Origin: Macrostomum lignano
Lineage: Eukaryota
Assembly (NCBI GenBank): GCA_002269645.1
Contig: NIVC01000025.1
Location: 248,001-312,000, forward strand
Direction of reading: 5' to 3'
Length of the DNA: 64,000 nucleotides
The notes beneath the pieces are model-generated. The model did not search any database and was not told where the DNA came from. It was given only the letters and a program-made list of their open reading frames with translations. This document shows, in pieces, positions 1 through 12,754 of this stretch (positions within the stretch are counted from its first letter, which is position 1; the number at the start of each line of letters is the position of its first letter). The position numbers and the translations under genes are program-made.

Positions 1-75
1 GATCCTTATTTGCTGGGCCAGCCCGCCAGATCCTCAGTTGCTGGGCCAGCCTCCCAGATCCTCAGTTGCTGGGCT
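1..75 (+). repeat. End of a 28-bp minisatellite array (gctgggccagcctcccagatcctcagtt family)
   Basis: Same unit as the arrays at 20921-22112 (opposite strand) and 53062-53523. Confidence 0.9.
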
Positions 76-1006
76 TCCGCCTTAACCCTCCCGGAGTCTC
101 GGGTTAAACTGTAAACGATAAAGTTTCAGTAGCAGATTATCCCAAAACGCTGTAACTGCTATACTATCAACTGCTTTAATCTCGATTAGCGATGTTTTAC
201 GAGTAACAATAAATGACGCCCAATAATGTAATATTTTATTTTTTCAGCCGTACGTTGGCATGCGATGCATACAGTTGAAGCCACTCTGCAATAAAAGTAA
301 ATATATGACTCTGCAGTTTCTGTAAACTACTCAACGTAAAATCTTGGTGTCTATTCAACCGTGAGCCAGCAAACTACTCGTAAAGCACCTATTATAAGCA
401 ATCTATTAACTAGATTTACAAGCATCATAGCTACAGTCCAGCTAAACTGCCCCCGGGAAGTCAGAAGAAATTCTCAAAAGAAAATTACATTTGCTGTCCG
501 GAAAGCGGAAAGCAGAAAAGGAAGAGTGGATGAAGCAGAAGAGAGGAGGCTGCCGAGCCTGAAAGATGAAAGAGAAGAAGAGTGTAACGGTTGCCAACCG
601 GCCTTTGCCAGAACACTAATCGATATGTGATTAGCGCAGGATTCCCAATGCCCCCCCTTGATCGGAGTTCCGCAACAGCCATCGGGTCCGCCAGGCAACC
701 TACCTGTCTAGCTAGTGGTCGAGATGAGATATAGAAATAATAACTTGAGCAACCCGGCTGAGTTCCCTGCCCAGGATGTCTAAAAATAGTGGACGAGCCG
801 GAGCTGCAGCAGGCATTGAATCAGAACTGAGTGGGTGTCTGTTCCATGCCTGAATCTGGATCATTTGAATTATTAATGCACTCACTGACTGCAGAGGCAG
901 GCTCAGTCAATGGAGCCAAGTCGTGTCCAGGCTAATTTTCTAGTTTCAGTCTAGGCAGAGGTCAGAGGATTCAGATCAAATATAATCTATGGTAGTAAAA
1001 TACACA

Positions 1007-2652
1007 CTCCGTTCCGGTCGGCTATGGTAAGCAGAACTTTTAGAACCAGATCTTCCCAGTTTTTTAGTTTAGATCTAGATCTAGATTTTCTGGTTTTCCC
1101 AGCAGGCTGTTAGGGCTGCATGTGGCCGTCCATTCAATCGACGCCGCCCATGCAGCGGTTGTAAGTCAAAGCTGAGCGGCACTTCTGCACTGCAGCCAAG
1201 GACTTCTAGACTAGCTAGTCTAGAAGTCCTTGACTGCAGCCGCTGCTCCATCTCGGGCGATTGGACGGAGTGGAACTTTTGATGCTGCCTTCTTTGTGTC
1301 CAGCAAATACGTTTTTAGACCGCTTTCCTTTCTTTCAACAATCTTTGCAACCAGCACGGCACCCTTGCGCATGAAGCCGACATCATTGGGCGGCACATTT
1401 AACTGCCTGAGCTCGTATGGTGCAAGTCAGATGAGTATCTCGATCCAGAAGGTACTTGGCCAACTGATAGGAACCAAACCACTTGTCGACAAAAATGCCT
1501 TGGTCTAACAGATCTTGGCAAAGCTCGACAACAATTTTTTTCGCTAAATGACAGGTGCTCGCTTTGTGGATCTACATCAAATCTACGATTCTCCTCTGGA
1601 GTAGCATGAACTCGAAAGTTGAACAAGTAGCTTGTTTCAGACTCGCAAGCACAGTACAGCTTGATGCCGTACCTGGCGCGCTTAGTTGGAATGTACTGCT
1701 TGAAGCCTCGTCGTCTTTGTAAAGAACTGACGACTCGTCAATACCTATTTCTTGCTCAGGTCTGTAGATGTTCATGCAAATTTCAAATTGTTAAAAAATG
1801 GACGAATCTTGTACAACGGATCACCAGGTGTGTGATCCTCACGGCAATTATAAAAGCGAAGAAAGCCGAGCAATTGCTTGAAGCGGTCTCTAAAGAGCGC
1901 TTCAGGTGCTTGAAAATATGGCGTCGAGTGGTAGCTGTCAGTACTCCAGTAGTCATTCATTTCAGTCTTCTTGTTGCTGCCCATGTACAGGTACATGCCA
2001 ATCAACTTCTTGACTTCGTTTGCGCTACATTCGTTCCACTGTGACAAACTCAAAGGTAGGTCATCAGCATCCAATGAATGAATTGCTGCCCAGGCTCTAC
2101 GGTTAGTCCAGGATTCAGGCCAGGTGTTCCGAAAAACTCGATGTCTGTCGCCGATGCGTCGTTCCCAACGATAGCAGGCCGCCATGACAACACATCAGCT
2201 GCGTCCTCATCAGCATTGTCCAGAACACTGATATGAGGTCGTCCTCGTCGTCCGATGTCATGAGTTCCTGAGACACTTCGTCCGCTTAAGCCATTTCAAG
2301 CACTTTAAGAACTGGTTTTAGTTTTTGACTCAAACCAGACTGAGACGGATTAAGTATAGGGAACAAAAACTTAAGGAGTCCAAGAACCACTGTAGTATAA
2401 AGCGGCACTGTATAAGCTGTTAAAAAAGCTAGACGAGCGAGGAGACAGATCAGCTTCTCTGTTTGAACTGACTGCGGGCTAGGAAAAAGCACGTTTCTTA
2501 TACTGTTCGTGTTGCCCATCCCTCTTGTACAGGGGACCAGTGTGCTTTCAGTCTAGAAACAGGCTACTTAGATGTACAGTTTTGTTTATTTTTCTACACT
2601 ATTCGGCTGAATTTATTAATAAGCATTGCTTACCATGCCGACCGGAACGGAG
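1007..2652 (-). mobile_element. Decayed, internally deleted piggyBac-family DNA transposon
   Basis: Minus-strand frame fragments carry piggyBac motifs: RDRFKQLLGFLRF, YRPEQEIGIDES (1st Asp), then after a frameshift RRGFKQYIPTKRARYGIKLY, FVDKWFGSYQLA (2nd Asp) and YNRCMGGVD*MD (3rd Asp region, ~1170-1140). Inverted repeat ctccgttccggtcggctatggtaagca (1007-1033) vs tgcttaccatgccgaccggaacggag (2627-2652); a second copy lies at 2704-2727. No intact TTAA TSD seen. Confidence 0.85.
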
Positions 2653-2831
2653 AGAAAAAATATCTATGGCTCAGTCAGAAGCCAAATAGTCTATGGTAAG
2701 CACTGCTTACCATCCGACTGGAACGGAAATGATCAAAATTTAGGCCAAGTTCTGAAGTGGTTTTAAAACTCAGTCAGCATTATTGTTTCTTTGTTGTCTG
2801 CAATGGACACTAAAAAGCCCCCGTTTAGGAC

Positions 2832-3412
2832 AGATGGACACTATAAGATGGCACTATAAGATGGACACTATATGATGGACACTATATGATGGACAGTATG
2901 AGATGATGATGGACACTATATGATGGACAGTATGAGATGGATACAATGGGATAGACACCATGAGATGGACAATATGAGATGGACACTATGAGATAGACAC
3001 TATGAGATAGACACTATGAGATGGACACTATGAGATAGACACTATGAGATAGACACTATGAGATAGACACTATGAGATGGACACTATGAGATAGACACTA
3101 TGAGATAGACACTATGAGATAGACACTATGAGATAGACACTATGAGATAGACACTATGAGATGGACACCATGAGATGGACACCATGAGATTGACACTATG
3201 AGATGGACACCATGAGATTGACACCATGAGATGGACACCATGAGATGGACACTATGAGATGGACACCATGAGATAGACACCATGAGATGGACACCATGAG
3301 ATGGACACCATGAGATGGACACCATGAGATAGACACCATGAGATGGACACTATAAGACGGACACTATAAGGTGGACACTATAAGGTGGACACTATAAGGT
3401 GGACACTAAGAC
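2832..3412. repeat. 14-bp minisatellite (gagat[a/g]gacactat)
   Basis: About 40 tandem units. Confidence 0.95.
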
Positions 3413-3876
3413 AGACAAGCAGTCGGACTGAAACTGCTTAAAAAGAAGATTAAAAGCCAACAAAGAGTAATTTTCTCCATTTCTAATCCCATATCCAATC
3501 TTTAAGCTCTCTTAAAATCCGATCTCTCCCCAGCAAATCAGTTTCATCCAAAAAAATTAAATTCGCGTCACCTGTTTTACCATTCGGTTTCAAGTCAGTG
3601 CGGAATGATTTGAAGGTATTAACGATAGGAAAATTTAGTTTTCAATTATTCTAATTGCTAGACTGTTTTTTCCGAAAAAAATGATTTTTTTTAATTTCCG
3701 GAAGACAATCGAGGTTTGTCGGCCACGATGATAACAAGGCTGGAAAAGATGAAGATTTGATGATTTGAGTTTGTTTTTTGGTGCTGAGGGGTTGCCTGCC
3801 GACCCTGAGACCTGGTGGCTATATCTCAAAATTAAATATTTTTTCCATAAAAAACAATAGGCTTACCTCCGATAAG

Positions 3877-4294
<418 letters not shown>

Positions 4295-4889
4295 CCGGAT
4301 GTCCCAGAGCAATTAAAGTTAAATGGTATTTCTGTTTCACTAACATACTGGCAGTTCGTCCCGCCGTGTTCCCTTCCTCTAACATTTTTCTAAGTTGAAA
4401 AGCACCAAGATGGACACTCATATGCCGGTAGACCAAATCGATGGCTTTAGTTTTGAGCTTTTGCCAACGGCGCGTGAACTTCATCCACGCTTGGCTAAAC
4501 ATTCAAACAAATGCGAGCGAGCTGTAGAATCGCAATTGTGAAATTCAATATGATGAGGCTGCATTTTCAACTGGACTAAATTCAGGTTAACTACAGCGAT
4601 CCTTTGATCTCAAAGCAGTGACAGGTATTGCGAAAAAACAAAGCAAAAGTCGGCACACAGGCACAAGTTCACAACTTAACAACTTACACGCACTTATAGC
4701 ATGTACAGGACAGCATTGATTTGATCAAAGTCAGGAAAGTTCAAACTCTGTGCTTTGTGGGTTGGCCTTCACGGGCGGGATTATTTTTTCCGCCCAGCGG
4801 AATCGAACTTGGGGACTGTGGGTGACTTTTACATTCTGAAATATCATCACTGACGAAAATGAATAAAATAATCCACGAGTCACGTTTAG

Positions 4890-5748
4890 TGGCACAAAGA
4901 GAGGCACATAGAGTGACACAAGAGAGACATTTGAAGAGACACAAGAGACTCTTGGAGAGACACAAGAGAGACGCAGGAAGAGACACAAAGAGACACATGA
5001 AGAGACACAAAGAGAGACACATGGAGTGGCACAGGAGAGACACATGAAGAGACACTTGGAGTGGCACAGGAGAGACACATGAAGAGACACAAAGAGAGAC
5101 ACATGGAGTGGCACAGGAGAGACACATGAAGAGACACAAAGAGAGACACATGGAGTGGCACAGGAGAGACAAATGAAGAGACACAAAGAGAGACACATGA
5201 AGAGACACAAAGAGAGACACATGAAGAGACACAAAGAGAGACACATGAAGAGACACAAAGAGAGACACATGAAGAGACACAAAGAGAGACACATGAAGAG
5301 ACACTTGGAGTGGCACAGGAGAGACAAATGAAGAGACACAAAGAGTGACACATGGAGTGGCACAGGAGAGACACATGAAGAGACACAAAGAGAGACACAT
5401 AAAAAGACACAGAAAGAGACACATGAAGAGACACAAAAAGAGACACATAAAAAGACACAGAAAGAGACACATGAAGAGACACAAAGAGAGACACATGAAG
5501 AGACACAAAGAGAGACACATGAAGAGACACAAAGAGAGACACATGAAGAGACACAAAGAGAGACACATGGAGTGGCACAAGAGAGACACATGGAGTGGCA
5601 CAAGAGAGACACATGGAGGGACACAAGAGAGACACATGGAGTGGCACAAGAGAGACACATGGAGTGGCACAAGAGAGACACATGAAGAGACACAAAGACA
5701 GACACATGAAGTTACACAGGAGAGACACATGGAGTTACACAAGAGTCA
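4890..5748. repeat. 23/24-bp minisatellite (gaagagacacaaagagagacacat / ggagtggcacaagagagacacat)
   Basis: Tandem units read directly. Confidence 0.95.
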
Positions 5749-6304
5749 ACCATGACTCTGAGACTCCTTAACTTTTCTTCAAAAGTGAGACAGCGCAAGG
5801 CTAACAGAGAACAAAGTCGGTAAATTTAGCAACAAAATTCCAAAAGTGCCAATATCCATCAGTGAAACCCATTAGGGAATTATAATAATCTCAAGAGTCA
5901 TTCAGTTCTCAATATCCATCAGCTCGCCAGGTGAAATCATGCGCGGGCTAAAAAGAATTGAGATTTTTTCAAGAGTCCACCTACTTTCCCAGCTCGAGCC
6001 AGTGAATCAGTCAGTCAGTCATTTAAAAATAGCTGCCACTTGAAAGCCGATCAATTGACGCGGGCACCTTTGGGCTGAGCAAGTCGACGCGAGAGCAATT
6101 AAGCTCCCCTCCTCCAGGGTCATAAAAGCTTTCAATTTTATAATGGAGACGGTTGAGCGTTATCAAGTTTCAGTCAAAGCTATTAAGAGGGCTTCGAACT
6201 CGCTTTAACAGGCCTTGCTTCACTCCTGCGATTTTCTGTGAAGTAGATTGATTTAATATTGCTGCACTGGCACATTGGCATAAAACCCTGGAAAAACTGA
6301 TTGA

Positions 6305-6870
6305 TAAAAGCTAGATAAACCCTAGATAAACATTAGATAAACACAAGATAAACCCCAGATAAACACCAGATAAACCCTAAATAAACACTATATAAACCCT
6401 AGATAAACACTAGATAAACCCTAGATAACCTCTACATAAACACTAGATAAACACTAGATAATCACTAGATACACACTAGATAAACACTAGATAAACCCTA
6501 GATAAACTCTACATAAACACTAGATAAACCCTAGATAAACTCTACATAAACACTAGATAAACACTAGATAAACTCTACATAAACACTAGATAAACCCTAG
6601 ATAAACCCTACATAAACAATAGATAAACTCTAGATAAACACTTAGATAAAAAATAAATAAACACTAGAAAAAAACCCTAATTAAACCCTAGAAAAAAACC
6701 CTAATTAAACCCTAGATAAACCCTAGATTACATTAGATGAACACTCGATAACCACTAGAAAAACACTACATAAACCCTTAAGTAAACACTAGATAAACCC
6801 TGGATAAACACTAGATAAACACTAGATAAAAACAATATAAATACTATAGAGACACTACATAAATGCAAGA
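6305..6870. repeat. 11-bp minisatellite (gataaac[a/c]cta)
   Basis: Tandem units read directly. Confidence 0.93.
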
Positions 6871-7521
6871 TAATCACCCTAACCAGTGGCTCCAGTAGAG
6901 AGTAAAAAATCAATCAAGACTCCAGCGAGTTGCCCAGCTTCAGGTAATTAAACTAGCCGACATCACTCCGCACCCAGTGCGCACAGTTGATGTCCAAAAA
7001 CAGCTTCATTAATTATTAATTTATATACGAGCTGATACGAAAGCAGCTTTCCTGAATTCTCATAGCAGCTACCTGCCTGTATCGCTGTCAATACACCTGA
7101 ACGGAGTAACGCGATATACGCGTGCTTATAATTACTTGAAGCGCGTCATCGATATATGGCAGAGAAGCTGCGCATTAAGGAGATGCCTGCATGAGAAACG
7201 GTTGCAGGGTGCGCCTTTTCCCCTCTCCCCCCCCCCTCGCTGCTACAGCGGCTGACTTTGTCCAAGAGAGGCAAAGCAGGAGATTCTGCTTCTACTGATG
7301 ATGATCGATTTTCGTCCCCACCCTCCTGAGGCGATCGATTTCACAAACCAAGCCACGGATCCGCCAATGTCCGTCCGCTTCCCAGACTTCTGAAGTGTAG
7401 CAACAGCAGCCAAGCTATAATGCCAATTTTGATGCTCAATAATATCAAATATTGACACTTCAAAAAACAGTATTTTTATTGTTTGTTTATCTACTAGCGA
7501 AAAGGTTATTAGCACTCAGGT

Positions 7522-8035
7522 GAAGTTTCAGGTTTGTGAAGTCCAAGGTTTGTGAAGTCCAAGGTTTGTGAAGTCTGTTTGTGAAGTTTCGGGTTTGAGA
7601 AGTTTAGGGTTTGTGAAGTTTAGGGTTTGTGAAGTTTAGGGATTGTGAAGTTTAGGGTTTGTGAAGTTTAGGGATTGTGAAGTTTAGGGATTGTGAAGTT
7701 TAGAGTTTGTGAAGTTTAGGGTTTGTGAAGTTTAGGGTTTGTGAAGTTTAGGGTTTGTGAAGTTTAGGGATTGTGAAGTTTAGGGTTTGTGAAGTTTAGG
7801 GATTGTGAAGTTTAGGGATTGTGAAGTTTAGAGTTTGTGAAGTTTAGGGTTTGTGAAGTTTAGGGATTGTGAAGTTTCGGGTTTGGGAAGTTGAGGGATT
7901 GTGAAGTTTCGGGTTTGTGAAGTTTAGGGTTTGAGAAGTTTAGGGTTTGTGAAGTTTTGGGTTTGTGAAGTTTCGGGTTTGAGAAGTTTAGGTTTTGTGA
8001 AGTTTAGGGTTTGAGAAGTTTAGGGTTTGTGAATC
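7522..8035. repeat. 16-bp minisatellite (gggtttgtgaagttta)
   Basis: Tandem units; most contain TTTAGGG across the unit junction. Confidence 0.95.
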
Positions 8036-8674
8036 TGAAGGTGTTAGACAGGGGAATACTCATGCAGACAGGGGGTGTCCGAACTAGACTTGGGATTTAA
8101 AACCCTAAAGACTAAATAAAAGGCTTTCAAGCGACCCGCCAAGCACTGAAACTCAGCCAGGACCCCCCCCCCCTGCTCCCTGTTGCGTGGGGCGGGAAGC
8201 CAAAAACTGGGAAGCGTGCCCAGCCTTCACCATCCTCAACCCCCCCCCCTTCCCTAGATAAAATCCCCCAGATACATGAGCGCACTTAGCAACCGCCACA
8301 GGAGCTCAAATTTCGTTGCTATAAAAGTTAATCCGATTTCCACTCGAGTAGCTGCGGGGAGTCTCCATTCGGCTCAGCCGTTCACCCCAAAGTGCGGATT
8401 GAAAGAACAAGTTCGATGGAGGGGGGTTGCTGCAGAGGCTTCAGAAAATGAAATTGCTGCTGCTTCTTGGAGAAAAAAGGATCGATCTTACCGGATTCTT
8501 TTTGAAAGAGAACGTCGCTTCCTTGCATTTGTTTGAAGCTTACAGTTGAAACAGAGGCTTGGTTGAGAATTGATTGCGCGCTTTGAGTTGTTTTGGTGGA
8601 GTGCTTACTGAAGTAGTTTAATCTTTGATCCAGTCCGATTTGTTGCTACAACTTTAATCTAATTTATTCTTGGA

Positions 8675-9110
8675 TCTGATCTCTATTCTAATCTACTGAT
8701 CTAATCTTTCACTTAATCCCTGATCTAATCTACTGGTCTAATCTCTGATCTAATCTCTGATCTAATTTACTGATCTAATCTCTGATCTAATCTCTAATCT
8801 AATTTACTGATCTAATCTCTGATCTAATCTCTGATCTAATCCTTAATCTACTCCACTGATCTAATCCACTGATCTAATCCACTGATCTAATCGACTGCTC
8901 TAATCTCCTGATCTAACCTACTGCTTTAATCTTGAATCTAATATACTGATCTAATCTCTGATCTAATCTCGAATCTAATCTCTGATCTAATCTCGAATCT
9001 AATATCTGATCTAATCTCGAATCTAATATCTGATCTATTCTTTCACTTAATCTCCGATCTAATCCACAGATCTAATCTACTGATCTAATCTATAATCTAA
9101 TCTACTGATG
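8675..9110. repeat. ~12-bp degenerate minisatellite (ctgatctaatct)
   Basis: Tandem units read directly. Confidence 0.9.
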
Positions 9111-9717
9111 TGAACTCTGGCCTACAGATATGATCTCTAACGCAATCTACTCATCTTGAGCATTTCTATTCTAATACTGTTCCCATCATCTCTCCTAGCG
9201 CATTGCACTTCTGCTGTTGCTGAACCTGTTGGTTGGTTAGCAACACGGCTGGCACATCCGGTACGCCATCCCCAGACCGGAAGAGAAGCGAGAGGATGAT
9301 CCCTGCCGCAGAAGCGAATCCTTCTCAGCCGATTCTTCACGATAATTGACGGCTCCAGGAAAAAACAGGCATGCGCGGTGTTTGCCCAGGTAACTCGTCC
9401 GCTATTTGCAGACAGAAACCGGCATGGGGGGAAAATTAACTGTTGACCACCTCGAGCAAACAAAAGAAGTCTTCCTTCTCTGCTTTGACTTGCTGACACT
9501 TCCGCTTATCCGACCGCGCAATCGTGTCTCGCTGCTTTTGCGGTTCTGTTTGCTCACGGCTGTTGATACAGGATCAGCGAAAGCAGCAGAGTGTGCACAT
9601 TTTTAAGATTCATTTTTAGCTGCTTCAATCACTTCATTTTTGCGGGTCTAAAGGCAATCAAATGCGTCAGCTTGTTTGTAAAAAAGGCTTTATTCGTTTC
9701 CTCTGAGTCTGCATTCG

Positions 9718-10236
9718 TCAAAAACAGCCAATATCTGAGTCTGTATTTGTCATCAGAAACAGCCAATATATGAGTCTGTATTTGTCATCAAAAACAGCCA
9801 ATATATGAGTCTGTATTTGTCATCAGAAACAGCCAATATCTGAGTCTGTATTTGTCATCAGAAACAGCCAATATATGAGTCTGTATTTGTCATCAGAAAC
9901 AGCCAATATCTGAGTCTGTATTTGTCATCAAAAACAGCCAATATATGAGTCTGTATTTGTCATCAAAAACAGCCAATATCTGAGTCTGTATTTGTCATCA
10001 AAAACAGCCAATATATGAGTCTGTATTTGTCATCAAAAACAGCCAATATCTGAGTCTGTATTTTTCAACAAAAACAGCCAATCTCTGAGTCTGTATTTTT
10101 CAACAAAAACAGCCAATCTCTGAGTCTGTATTTTTCAACAAAAACAGCCAATCTCTGAGTCTGTATTTTTCAACAAAAACAGCCAATCTCTGAGTCTGTA
10201 TTTGTCATCAAAAACAGCCAATCTCTGAGTCTGTAC
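9718..10236. repeat. 35-bp minisatellite (aaaacagccaatatctgagtctgtatttgtcatca)
   Basis: About 15 tandem units. Confidence 0.95.
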
Positions 10237-10646
10237 TTTTCGCCATCAAACTTACACTTAGCTGTTTATAACTGTCAAATCAAATCAAAATATTAGATCA
10301 AATAGAAGGCAACATAAAATACGAAAGGTAAGGAAAATAAATTTGCATTGACAAGCGCAAAATAGTGTCAAAGAAGCGCACCGTCTACTCACCGATAGTA
10401 GATTGATTAGAAAATATACATCTAAACATATTTTTCTATCCTGGTAGCAGTGAAAACGAAAAAAATCAGTGAAAACAGGTTACACTATAGTGTCAACAAG
10501 TAAATCAATTAAGTATAAAAGAAGCATCAAATTCAGGTAATTACAAGCGTGTTAGGAAAAAGTTACTTTATAAGTTGACGCAAGAAACTGGCATTTCAAA
10601 AATTACATGCAGTCAAGACAACTTCTTTCTGATAGAAACTAATACC

Positions 10647-11367
10647 TGTGCTACAGTCACTCCACAGACAGGTCTGTGCTGCAGTCACTCCACAGACAGG
10701 TCTGTGCTGCAGTCACTCCACAGACAGGTCTGTGCTACAGTCACTCCACAGAGAGTAGGCTGCAGTCACACCACAGACAGGTCTGTGCTGCAGTCACTCC
10801 GCAGACAGGTCTGTGTTGCAGTCACTTCACAGACAGGTCTGTGCTGCAGTCACTCCGCAGACAGGTCTGTGCTGCAGTCACTCCGCAGACAGGTCTGTGC
10901 TACAGTCACTCCACAGAGAGTAGGCTGCAGTCACTCCACAGACAGGTCGGTGCTGCAGTCACACCACAGAAAGGTCTGTGCTGCAGTCACTCCGCAGACA
11001 GGTCTGTGCTGCAGTCACTCCGCAGACAGGTCTGTGCTGCAGTCACTCCGCAGACAGGTCTGTGCTGCAGTCACTCCGCAGACAGGTCTGTGCTGCAGTC
11101 ACTCCGCAGACAGGTCTGTGCTGCAGTCACTCCGCAGACAGGTCTGTGCTGCAGTCACTCCGCAGACAGGTCTGTGCTGCAGTCACTCCGCAGACAGGTC
11201 TGTGCTGCAGTCACTCCACAGACAGTAGGCTGCAGTCACTGCACAGACAGTAGGCTGCAGTCACCCCACAGACAGGTCTGTGCTGCAGTCACTCCGCAGA
11301 CAGGTCTGTGCTGCAGTCACTCCGCAGACAGGTCTGTGCTGCAGTCACTCCGCAGACAGGTCTGCAG
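10647..11367. repeat. 28-bp minisatellite (cagacaggtctgtgctgcagtcactccg) directly 3' of the kinase stop codon
   Basis: About 25 tandem units, starting ~30 nt after the minus-strand stop at 11399. Confidence 0.95.
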
Positions 11368-11398
11368 CAAGTGTCGCTAATGCATTGCCGGCATAAAG

Positions 11399-12662
11399 TC
11401 AGACCAGCCTCGGCAGCTGGTACTGCTCCAGCCGCTGCACGAACTCCGGCCAGCCCCAGACGATGCGGTAGGGCGCAGGCAGTTGGCGACATCGAATCCG
11501 CTCCCGCCGCTGCTCCCAGCTGTCGCAGCACCTGAACAGCGGGCTGGATCGAACGCACACATGGCTGAGAACTTCCCGACCGTCGCCAGCGTGGCCCAGT
11601 CTGTTTGGTATTTTCTCGCGAATCAATTGCAAGATGAAGTGACTAAAGTTTGGCGTCAGATGCTCCGGCTGTTGATTATGATGAAGCTGCTGAGCCGGTC
11701 TCTCCAGCATCCGGGTCAGCTGGGTTTCGGAGAAGTGTCTCAACGGGTAGCTGCCGGTTCGCAGGACAAACAAGGTCGCGCCGAGGCCGTACCAGTCCAC
11801 GGTGTGGTTCATGTGCATGGTGACCATCCCATCGCTGCCAACGCTATCGCGGCCGCCACTGCCGTGGTTGCGGAAGGCGTCCTCGAGTTCTGGCGGCCAC
11901 CAGCCGGCTTCCAGCATGGCGAAATGTCGGGCATCATCGCGGAATTTCTTCGGAATTTTCAGCCAGCCCGCAGCCGCTTGGCGCCGGTTTGAAGTTTGAA
12001 AAGACTGAAGAAAAAAGGATTAGATTTATTAGTTTCAACTTCGCCTACTAATAGTAGTAAGAAGAAGTAGCAAGCTGGCACATCTGTAGCTTTTAGCAGC
12101 CCAATCGGGCCTACATGCATTGAATTCAATCCAAGGTGTGTTTGCCAAAGCAATGAAGCTTTTGTCTTATGGCACAGATACTAGAATAACTAGATGGGCC
12201 ACTCAGGCATATATATTTAGCAAAACAGCTTTCTACTTTCAGTTCAGTAGCAAAGAAGAATACATAAGCTATTTTATAAAAATAAAGGCAGCTGAAATGA
12301 CTTTGATAAGTTTAGAAGCCCAAGCTTGCAGGCGTAAACAACTTGCTAATTGGTTCAGCAATAATGTACATTGGCCAGTCCACTGAAATGTACATGACAG
12401 CTTTAGGCTGGAATACCGAGAAAGGCAATAAAAATTGGGGTGGGGCGGGGGGCAGTGTGGAAGAGAGCAGTTGAAGGGGTTAAGCTGGGGGTGGGTAGAG
12501 CCAAGAAAGTAGCCTTGGGACTAAAGGAGAGATGAGAGATACGGGATGAGAAAAAAGAGGAGAAAAAAATAAGAGGAGAGAGGAGATTTGAGATAAAGAG
12601 AGAGTAGATGAGTGATTAAGGGAGAGAAGAGATGAGAGATAAAGGGAGAGACGAGATGAAAG

Positions 12663-12754
<92 letters not shown>

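Noticed and set aside
4295-4502. 70-codon ORF MFSQAWMKF... running into (CTGT)n
   Set aside because: No recognisable domain, no partner exon, and an in-frame stop directly upstream; within chance expectation.
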